The notes beneath the pieces are model-generated. The model saw only the letters and a program-made list of their open reading frames with translations, did not search any database and was not told the DNA's origin. The translations under genes and the position numbers were made by a program. This document shows positions 1 to 7,541 of a stretch of DNA of 31,756 nt, piece by piece. The first letter of the stretch is position 1. Each line of letters starts with the position of its first letter. The DNA is from a candidate division WOR-3 bacterium (GTDB taxonomy: Bacteria > Hydrothermota > Tepidihabitantia > Tepidihabitantales > Tepidihabitantaceae): NCBI GenBank assembly GCA_965648905.1, contig CBFGIT010000029.1, positions 1 to 31,756 on the forward strand, written 5' to 3'.

Positions 1-497
1 TGGCTGTCATGCCTGAAGTGCCGGAGGTCGTGCTGAAACAGGCGCCGCGTGAAGTCGCGTCAGTCGTGCCGGCCAGCGTCACGAAGTTCCTGCCGACACC
101 AATGCCGCGCCAAGTGCGGACTGGCTGTACTTCTCAGATTCCGCCGGACATGTCATCTGAGGTGCCGAGACCGTCGAGTCGAACAAGCACGCTGGTCGTC
201 CAGACTGGAGTAACAATAGGAGTGCTTCAGGGAACTGCCTACTGGGCATGCCTGAACAAGTGCCCAAGGGCCGGCCTGCGCGTGTAACTAGTTGACTGTC
301 AATCTGTTGCCATGGTCACGATGGGGAGCAGGAGACCGGCTTGGCCTGCCCGTGCATCTTGGCTGGGTGCGACACGCAGAGGCAGGCAGGCCGCGATTAT
401 CTAGCCCCCCTACGCCTTTGCCTGGTACGTTCGACAGCGCGTGTCCGGTAAGTGACGAATTGACAAGATGTTATCCCGATAGGGGGGCGATTCGTGC

Positions 498-525
498 TTG
501 ACATTTCCTTGGGGCGCCCCATAAT
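498..525 (+). promoter_or_regulatory. sigma70-type promoter upstream of the YVTN gene
   Basis: TTGACA (498-503), 16 nt, CATAAT (520-525). Confidence 0.6.
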
Positions 526-754
526 GGTGGCAGAGCGGATGGATTGACGCAGGCCTGTGGCGATGTCAATGCCGGCTGCCCCTTGGCAGCCGGGCAATCC
601 GCAAGTGTGACCGTCAAGTGCCGCATTGGAGGTGACCGTGGAGAACGTCTTGTCGAGGTTTCTTGAGTTCGGGCAAACCCGGCGTGCCGCCGCGCCGGAA
701 GATGACAACCGAAGCCCTGCGCCGGCCCGGGCCGCGCGAAACGGCCGGGCAACG

Positions 755-3151
755 ATGGCTGTGCTATCCCTGTGTGCTGTTTCCTGTCTGCTGTATGTTC
801 CGGTTCACGGTCAATTCCTTGAGACGACAATCTGGCTGCCCGACTCGCTCGCCGGGATGAGCTATCCGCGGGCGATTGCGTGGAACCCGATGAACAACCA
901 GGTCTATGTTGCCAGCGAGGTGAGCGAGTGCGTCATTGCCATCGACGCCCGTACGTGGCAGAAGGTCGCCCGCATCCCCTCGGGCCGTGGCGGCGCGGCC
1001 CTGCTCTGCACCCAACCGGACAACAAAGTCTACTGCGCCGACGAATCCAGCAACACCCTCACCATCATCGACGGCAGCCGGAACGCGAGAATCGCCACGC
1101 TACCGGTCGGGAGGCGTCCTCGGTCTCTCTGCCACAACACGGCCCAGAACAAGGTCTACCTCTCCGCGTTCGGCACCTGGCCTGACCTCCCCGATTCGTT
1201 TGTGTTCGTAGTCGACGGGTCGGCTGATTCCATTATCACGCGAGTGCACGTCGGCTCCTACCCGAGCGGCCTCTGCTACAATCCGGTGAGCAACAAGGTG
1301 TACTGCACGGTCTTTCTCGACTTCGCGCCGGGCAAGGTCAGTATCATTGATGGTGCATCGGACTCGATAGTCGCGAGCGTCTCGCGATACCGGACGTCAC
1401 CGTTGGTAGTCTGCTGCAATCCGGACGAGAACAAGGTCTATGCGGCGGAGTGGCATCCGGTCCATTGTGGTGACTTCTGGGTTATTGACGGTGTCGGGGA
1501 TACACTGATTGCCCTGTTGCCTTGGGGCCTATCGACCGACATCTGCTACAGCCCGGTGACCGGCAATGTCTACAGCGCCAACCCTCAAACCAACAACGTC
1601 CGCGTGGTCGATGGCAGGGGCGACACGCTGAGGGCGGCAATCGGGACCGGCTACGCCATCGACCTCTGCCCCAGCCCGCAGGGCCCCAAGGTCTACGCCG
1701 CGGTGTCGGGCCGCGGCGTAGTGGCGGTGATAGATGGGCTGGGTGATACGGTCGCAGCCGAACTACGGACCGGGTCAGAGCCGACCCGTCTCTGTTATGC
1801 CTCAGCGGCAAGCCAGGTCTTCTGCTCCCAGCGCCTTGGCCATGATGTGGCCATCATCGACGCGGTGTGTGATTCGGTGGTAGGCCATGTGACGGTGGGA
1901 GACTACCCAAGCGACCTGAGCATCTGCCCGCAGGCTGGCAGACTCTACTGCGCGAACCTGCGCAGCGGCCTGGTTGCGGTCGTGGATGCGCAGAACAACC
2001 GGGTCCTGCGGACCGTGGCAGTTGCAGACAGTCTTCTGGCTCTTAGCTACAACCCGCTGGGCCACAGGGTGTACTGCGCAGACGGCGTCCGCGGAAGAAT
2101 CACGGTGCTGGACGCCGAGCAGGATACCATCCTTGGCGCAATTCCGGTTGGCAGCGGACCGGCGGTACTGCTCACCGGCCCGCAGGGCAACAAGGTCTAC
2201 TGCGCGAACTACGGGCGTTGGCCGGAACAGGATTCAACGGTCACGGTCATCGACGGACATGCCGACACCGTGCTAACGACGGTCGTCGTCGGCAACCGGC
2301 CGCGGGCACTGCTCTTCAACCCGACAGCGAACAAGGTCTATTGTGCCAACTATGGCAACGGTTCGGTCTCGGTGATTGACGAAACGTCGGACACGGTCAT
2401 CACGACGGTTCCGACCGGCCAGTGGCCCGGGCCGATGTGCTGGAGCAGCCGGCAGAACAAGGTATACATCGCGAGCGAATGGGGTAACCGGGTAACCGTG
2501 GTAGACGGCGTCCGCAACAGCGCCGTGACGACGGTGCGCGTCGGGAACCAGCCCTCGGCTCTGTGCTACGGCTCAGCGAATGACCGGGTCTACTGCGCCA
2601 ACCGGACCGACGGCACGGTAAGTGCCATCGACTGCACGAATGATAGCGTGATTGCCACCGTGGCTGTCGGCCAGAGGCCCGAGGCGCTGAGCTACGATTC
2701 GAGCCACAACTCCGTCTACTGTGCCTGCGCCGGGTCAGATTCGGTCTATGTCATTGATGGAACCAGCAACGCGGTCGTCGCGCGGGTTGCAGTCGGCAGG
2801 GAACCGAACAAGCTGGTCTGGGACCCAAGCACGGGCAGAACGTATGTGGCGAACTACCTTGGGTCGAGTTTGAGCGTCATCCGCGACACGTCAGTCGGAG
2901 TCGCGGAACGCTCTACGCTCTACGCTTCACGCACTGCGCCGGTAGCCAGCATTGTGCGGGGCAGCTTGGTGTTGCCTGAGGTAGACAGCAGAAAGTACAC
3001 AGGATACAGGGTGGAACTCGTGAACGCGGCGGGGCGCAGGGTCGCGGACCTGAAGCCGGGTTCGAATGATGTTCGGGCATTGCCTGAGGGGGTGTACTTT
3101 GTGAGGACCGCGCAGGAGAGCTCAGTGCGGCGCGTGGTGGTGGTGAAGTGA
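755..3151 (+). CDS. Secreted YVTN/YncE-family beta-propeller repeat protein with T9SS-like CTD
   Basis: Many repeats of the form NKVYCAN..xTVxVID; signal-peptide-like MAVLSLCAVSCLLYVPVHG from ATG 755 (ORF is open from 626; GTG 638 is an alternative start); ends ...GRRVADL..GVYFVR..VRRVVVVK. Confidence 0.88.
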   Translation: MAVLSLCAVSCLLYVPVHGQFLETTIWLPDSLAGMSYPRAIAWNPMNNQVYVASEVSECVIAIDARTWQKVARIPSGRGGAALLCTQPDNKVYCADESSNTLTIIDGSRNARIATLPVGRRPRSLCHNTAQNKVYLSAFGTWPDLPDSFVFVVDGSADSIITRVHVGSYPSGLCYNPVSNKVYCTVFLDFAPGKVSIIDGASDSIVASVSRYRTSPLVVCCNPDENKVYAAEWHPVHCGDFWVIDGVGDTLIALLPWGLSTDICYSPVTGNVYSANPQTNNVRVVDGRGDTLRAAIGTGYAIDLCPSPQGPKVYAAVSGRGVVAVIDGLGDTVAAELRTGSEPTRLCYASAASQVFCSQRLGHDVAIIDAVCDSVVGHVTVGDYPSDLSICPQAGRLYCANLRSGLVAVVDAQNNRVLRTVAVADSLLALSYNPLGHRVYCADGVRGRITVLDAEQDTILGAIPVGSGPAVLLTGPQGNKVYCANYGRWPEQDSTVTVIDGHADTVLTTVVVGNRPRALLFNPTANKVYCANYGNGSVSVIDETSDTVITTVPTGQWPGPMCWSSRQNKVYIASEWGNRVTVVDGVRNSAVTTVRVGNQPSALCYGSANDRVYCANRTDGTVSAIDCTNDSVIATVAVGQRPEALSYDSSHNSVYCACAGSDSVYVIDGTSNAVVARVAVGREPNKLVWDPSTGRTYVANYLGSSLSVIRDTSVGVAERSTLYASRTAPVASIVRGSLVLPEVDSRKYTGYRVELVNAAGRRVADLKPGSNDVRALPEGVYFVRTAQESSVRRVVVVK

Positions 3152-3162
3152 GTATCGTAGGA

Positions 3163-3229
3163 GAGAATACAGCAGACAGCATACAGGATACTGGGCGCGA
3201 ATGACCATTGACCAATTGCCAATGACCAA
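3163..3229. repeat. Two intergenic heptamer tandem arrays (GAATACA/GCAGACA/GCATACA/GGATACT and AATGACC/ATTGACC/AATTGCC/AATGACC)
   Basis: 7-bp periodicity read directly just after the YVTN stop codon. Confidence 0.75.
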
Positions 3230-3521
3230 GAGGAGAGCCTCGGTGACTTAGCGTCTTCCCCTTGGCCAGCCCTTGAAAGTGAAAAGGGCAGCGCCTGTCG
3301 TCCGGCCAAGAACTTCAGGTATTGGAGCTTGCGCTCCATGCTGCCCGCATCATTGTAGCAGGCGAGGTGGGTGCCTGCAATAGAAACAGGGTCGTTCACC
3401 ACCAAGGCGCCAGGACACGAGGAGGTGCCGGGCGAATCGGCTACTGACGGAGGGAGTTGGGGACAGCTCTTTGACAATCTGGAGAAACAAGAGCCGAGTG
3501 AAGAACGTTGAGTGCTGAGCG

Positions 3522-4901
3522 CTATTCTACGACCAGCACCTTGCGCACGACGGCCTGGTTGCCGAGACGGATGCGGAGGAAGTAGGTGCCAGCAGTGCTT
3601 GACGCTGGACGCCAGACCCCGGACGCCGGACGGGCGACGATGCGGCCAGAGGCGTCCGCGACTTCGCAGACGGCCGACTGCGGCAGCCCGGCGATGCGAA
3701 CAACCTCGCTGCGCCGCGCGACCGATGGCAGTACGGTTACCCGCTCCAGCGCGACCCTGGCCCGCTCCTCAACCCCGACCGGCAGCCACTCCCAGATGAG
3801 AGTGCGGTCCTGGTAGTCGCAGATGAGTTCGTCCCGGCCATCTGAGTTGATGTCGTGGAGCGTGGCTCGTTCACCGCCGCTGTCGGTCTGCCAGAAACAC
3901 TCGTATCGGTTGCTGCCGGTGCAGCGATACAGCCTGACGTAAACGCCGTTGGTTACCATGAACTCGAGGACAGAGTCGCCATCGATGTCCCCAACGGCAA
4001 CTGACCAAGCGTCCCAACTCCCGCCCTGTATCGAGTCGGCCCAGACGACTTCTGGCGAGCCAGCACACGGCCACTCTACCACGGCAACCTTGAAGAGGTT
4101 CTGTCCACGCGCGAGAAAAGGAACTAGGAGTTCGTTTCTACCGTCGCGATCGAGGTCCGGCATAGCGGCGAGTGCATAGCAACGAGAGACGTCGCTGTCC
4201 AGAATCCGCACGGTGTCTTTGAACTCAATCGAGTCATCCCCCACCGCCTCAAAAAACGCGATGCACCCGCCGGCGCGTACCGCGATCTCAGGCAGGCCGT
4301 TTCGGTCCAGGTCTTGAGTCTGGACAGCGACGTAGCCGTCACTGGGCGGGGGAACGTGGTATCGGTACGCGTACTGGTTATCGCCCACGCACTCGAAGAC
4401 GCAGATACCAACGCTCTCCCAGAACATCACGAGATCCCGTGCCGAATCGGCGTCAATGTCGGCGATAGCAGGATAGAAATGCTCGGACTGGCAGAGACCC
4501 GCACCCCAGACGCTATCTGTCGGCAGCGAGAACGAGTCAGGGCTTTCGAACACCAATAAGCCGTGTAGCACCAGATCGGTCAGCCCGTCCCCGTCAGCAT
4601 CACCGATTCCCTCAGGGCAAACCGTATTGGCCGGGGCCAGCCAGAAGGTGTCGAACTGGTTGTTGCCGATGTGCTCAAACGCGCACGCTGCCCAGCTATC
4701 AGGACCCACGTAGACACTCGCATAGAACTCGCGCTGGCCGTCGCGGTCAGCATCTGCACAGGGCACGGAGAGGTACGGCCGGCAGAACAGGTTGGTGACG
4801 ACCGCCATGCCCCAGGAATCGTGGTCAGCATCTTGAGTAGCTGACCCCACAGGAAGACCGGGCATGAGCGCGGCGGTGCTCAGCAACCAGATAAGCGCCA
4901 T
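3522..4901 (-). CDS. Secreted FG-GAP/VCBS repeat protein with T9SS-like CTD
   Basis: Repeated DxDxDG Ca-binding motifs (DADRDG, DADGDG, DLDRNG, DIDGDS, DINSDG); signal peptide from ATG 4901; ends GVEE...ASGRIV...GTYFLR..VVRKVLVVE. Confidence 0.85.
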   Translation of the reverse strand: MALIWLLSTAALMPGLPVGSATQDADHDSWGMAVVTNLFCRPYLSVPCADADRDGQREFYASVYVGPDSWAACAFEHIGNNQFDTFWLAPANTVCPEGIGDADGDGLTDLVLHGLLVFESPDSFSLPTDSVWGAGLCQSEHFYPAIADIDADSARDLVMFWESVGICVFECVGDNQYAYRYHVPPPSDGYVAVQTQDLDRNGLPEIAVRAGGCIAFFEAVGDDSIEFKDTVRILDSDVSRCYALAAMPDLDRDGRNELLVPFLARGQNLFKVAVVEWPCAGSPEVVWADSIQGGSWDAWSVAVGDIDGDSVLEFMVTNGVYVRLYRCTGSNRYECFWQTDSGGERATLHDINSDGRDELICDYQDRTLIWEWLPVGVEERARVALERVTVLPSVARRSEVVRIAGLPQSAVCEVADASGRIVARPASGVWRPASSTAGTYFLRIRLGNQAVVRKVLVVE

Positions 4902-4908
4902 TCGCGAG

Positions 4909-4937
4909 AGTCTAGTGATTGCACGAACACGTGTCAA
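4909..4937 (-). promoter_or_regulatory. sigma70-type promoter giving a probably leaderless mRNA
   Basis: TTGACA-17-TAGACT on the minus strand, 7 nt before ATG 4901, no SD. Confidence 0.6.
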
Positions 4938-5070
4938 CCGCTAACCGATGAAGGAAGACTAGGGGAGGTCAAGTATGCCGAAGAACGTGGCGGGGCTCAG
5001 CAAGCCGCTCACCCGTCGCGGGAGAACGAGCGGCCTACGATCGATAAGTACTCGAAAGAAGGAGTTCAGA

Positions 5071-5648
5071 ATGAAGCGACAGTTTGCCGCATACGTCCTG
5101 TGCCTACTAGCGCTGGCCGGCACAGGTCATCTCGCACAGAGCCAGGCAAGGTGGATAGTTGGACCTGCCAGTTCCTTCGCTTCTGGCGACTCGGTGGCCT
5201 TGGCCCGCAACAATGGCTGGGCAGTCGTCAGGAGGTCGTGGGTATCGCCCGGTGGCCGCGTTCACGTAGCATACTCGAAGAGGACCGGCAATCCGATCAA
5301 GTGGAAAGTCTTCACCAAGCACACCAGCAACTACGGACGGAGTTGGGCGGCCCCAATGCAGGTTTCAGGGCATCGCTACGATGCCCGGGACGCGGTGATC
5401 GCGTTTCTTCGGGACACGATTGCGTTGGTGAGCGGGGACGCTACCCATTTAGGCAATCATGTTGTCAATAGCACGCGACTTCGACTTCTGCCGTGCGGGC
5501 ATGTCCGCGCAGGCCTGAGGGTAATCGCGGACGCTACCCATTTGTAACTTGTGTTGTCGATATGACGCCGTGGTCGTGAGGCGTGAGGCGAAGCCGGCTT
5601 GACCCACCCGAGTTCCGCAGCGTGAAGAAGGCGGCGTTGATGAGATAG
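5071..5648 (+). pseudogene. Internally deleted secreted Asp-box/CTD protein gene
   Basis: AAGGAG RBS, ATG 5071, signal peptide and an Asp-box-like TSNYGRSW. Protein-like sequence breaks at the GGGGACGCTACCCATTT motif (5434). A CTD-like tail RLDPPEFRSVKKAALMR* remains at 5595-5648 in another frame. Confidence 0.65.
5434..5543 (+). repeat. GGGGACGCTACCCATTT REP-like motif, two direct copies
   Basis: 15-bp identical direct repeat at 5436-5450 and 5529-5543; a 16/17 identical copy at 26154-26170. Confidence 0.7.
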
Positions 5649-5692
5649 CCGGCAGTAGACGGAAGACAGTGGACAGCGTACAGGATACAGGG

Positions 5693-5730
5693 CAGGGCGG
5701 CGAGAAGAAACTCGCCGCCCTGTTCTTGTT
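5693..5730 (+). terminator. Intrinsic terminator
   Basis: 12-bp stem CAGGGCGGCGAG/CTCGCCGCCCTG, 6-nt loop, then TTCTTGTT. Confidence 0.75.
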
Positions 5731-5784
5731 CGAATGGGGCCCACGGCTATGCCAGAAATGGCCGGCCTCTGACCAGAGAGTTCC

Positions 5785-6029
5785 TCCTGCGGCTTGCGGC
5801 GCGGATTGGAGGGCGGCTTGCCGAGCGACGCCCGAAGCGGCTTGGTAAGCGACGCCCGAAGCGACTCAGGCTGCGCACCCGAGAGCGCAGTGCCGAGCCG
5901 CAAGGAGAGCCGAAAGGGCTGCGCCTCGGGTCGCGGCAGTCACCGGGGTTTGGGCCACGCTGGCCTGAGCCGCGGCCCAAGCCGCAGGGAAAGCCGCGCC
6001 GAGAGCGCTTCAGGGTTCGCTCCGGGTAG
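5785..6029. repeat. Degenerate 12-bp tandem array (consensus about nnnAGCsnnnnn), left part; continues at 7313-7355
   Basis: Units such as CCGAGCGACGCC, CGAAGCGGCTTG, GTAAGCGACGCC, CGAAGCGACTCA, GAGAGCGCAGTG, CCGAGCCGCAAG, CTGAGCCGCGGC, CCAAGCCGCAGG, GAAAGCCGCGCC, GAGAGCGCTTCA in unbroken phase. Confidence 0.75.
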
Positions 6030-6107
6030 ATACTGATGAAGAGCCTCCTCGAGTTTGAAGGTATGATTGAAGTGAAAAGTCCTTCAAACTGTCAAAGGAG
6101 GCAACCA

Positions 6108-7124
6108 ATGCTACACGTAGGACTAGATCTACACAAGCGGTTCTCGACCACGGCGACGATGGACGAGAACGGCAACATTCTGCACGAGGGCAAGCTGTAC
6201 CACGACGACCGTGGCCGGCTGACTGAGTTCTTCGGCAAGCTGGCAGGCAGGGCGGCAGTGACGCTTGAGGCCACGCGCAACTGGTACTGGCTGTACGAGC
6301 TGCTGGAAGAGCAAGGCGTCGAGGTGAAACTGGCTCACGCCCGTAAGGTCCGGCTGATTGCCGAAGCCAAGCTCACGAACGACAGGGTCGATCCCAGGAC
6401 CCTGGCAACGTTGGAACGCATCGGCTTCCTGCCGGAAGCCTACATCCCGCCGCGGGAGGTGCGTGACAGCCGCGAGTTCCTGCGCTACCGGCTGACCCTG
6501 GTGCGGCTCCGAACCGGGCTGAAGAACAGGGTCCATGCGCTCTTGGACAAGCTGGGCATATTCCACCCGTTCGCCGACCTGTTCTGCCCTGCCGGCCGGA
6601 AGTTCCTCGGTCAGCTCAAGCTCCGGCCGGTGTATCAGGAAGAACTGACCAACTACCTGGCGCTGGTCGAGGAGATCGAGCGCCGCATCGCCGCGGCGAC
6701 CAAGGCGATCAAGCAGCAGCTCAGACCTGACGCTCGGGCCGAGTTGCTGATGACGATACCGGGCATCGGGCATCTGACCGCCTACCTGCTCCTGGCCGAG
6801 ATCGGCGACATCAAGCGGTTTCCGAGTGCCGCCAAGCTGTGTGGTTACAGCGGGATTGTGCCGACGGTCAGGCAGAGTGCTGGCCACTGTCAGCACGGTC
6901 ACATCACCCGGGAGGGCAACCGATACATCCGCTGGGCACTGACCGAGTCGGCCTGCAAGGCGCCGAGTAAGGACTACGCACTGGGCAGTTTCTACCGGCG
7001 ACTGGCAACCAGACGTGGGCCGCTGAAGGCCCGGGTGGCGGTAGCGAGGAAACTACTGGTGGCGGTCTGGCATGTACTGACGTATGGAGAACCGTACAAG
7101 GTCACTGCAATCCCGAAAGTCTGA
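6108..7124 (+). CDS. IS110-family DEDD recombinase/transposase
   Basis: HVGLDLHK, LEAT and NDRVD (RuvC-like DEDD); LMTIPGIG and GYSGIVPTVRQSAG (Tnp domain with catalytic Ser); AGGAGG RBS before ATG 6108. Confidence 0.95.
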   Translation: MLHVGLDLHKRFSTTATMDENGNILHEGKLYHDDRGRLTEFFGKLAGRAAVTLEATRNWYWLYELLEEQGVEVKLAHARKVRLIAEAKLTNDRVDPRTLATLERIGFLPEAYIPPREVRDSREFLRYRLTLVRLRTGLKNRVHALLDKLGIFHPFADLFCPAGRKFLGQLKLRPVYQEELTNYLALVEEIERRIAAATKAIKQQLRPDARAELLMTIPGIGHLTAYLLLAEIGDIKRFPSAAKLCGYSGIVPTVRQSAGHCQHGHITREGNRYIRWALTESACKAPSKDYALGSFYRRLATRRGPLKARVAVARKLLVAVWHVLTYGEPYKVTAIPKV

Positions 7125-7297
7125 GCAAGCCCGGCGGGAACGCTGGCCAGGTCAAAGGGCCGAGGGTTAGAATGGGAAGCTCAGACTCGGATAGCCGTAC
7201 GTGTCACGCGGAGGACGAATAGAAGCTTGAGACGAACATCAGACGGTAACAGACCAAACCGGACCAGGAGACCTATCGAACCCCAAACTTGACACGG
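7118..7297 (+). ncRNA. Putative bridge/seek RNA of the IS1111-group element
   Basis: 9-bp stem AGTCTGAGC/GCTCAGACT (7118-7126/7179-7187) encloses an internal loop and an inner GGCC/GGCC stem; segments match the target (GGGAAC, GGGT) and donor junction (ATAGAAG, CATCAG). Confidence 0.7.
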
Positions 7298-7541
7298 GGC
7301 TCTTCATAGAAGCGGTTCCCTGAGCCGTATAGGGAACCGTTCCCCCTGGGGGTTCTGAATACCGGCCCATCTTCGGCTAACTTCATGATACTTTGAGGGT
7401 TGAGTCTCGAAACCGGCCAAGTCGTCATTATACAGCTTCGCCAAGTGGCCTTTGTGTCGCTATCTCTGAAACATGCGAGGACTTCAGCCAGGTTCGTGCC
7501 CAAGCAGTTGTCTTGCCGGGTGCCTGGGGCTCTGTGCTGCG

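Larger units (their letters stand above)
6028..7312 (+). mobile_element. IS110-family insertion sequence, IS1111 group (bridge/seek RNA-guided recombinase element)
   Basis: Sub-terminal IRs ATGAAGAGCC (6036-6045) and GGCTCTTCAT (7298-7307); short left end; ~185-nt non-coding right end; AG at both junctions (6028-6029, 7311-7312); no long TSD; TTGACA at 7289-7294. Confidence 0.9.

Noticed and set aside
1..290. ORF 9..287 or a partial CDS at the window edge
   Set aside because: No recognisable motifs in the frames examined; cannot be supported
671..720. c-di-GMP-I riboswitch (GGCAAACC start)
   Set aside because: Lacks the GNRA-capped P2 and the GACGCAAAG-type junction
3466..3477. boxA-like GCTCTTTGACAA
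   Set aside because: No rRNA, CRISPR array or sense gene downstream; could be chance
5785..6029. CRISPR array
   Set aside because: Contiguous 12-bp degenerate units without a repeat-spacer structure; no cas genes
6036..6107. Longer transposase start at ATG 6036
   Set aside because: That ATG is part of the left IR; the RBS and family N-terminus support 6108
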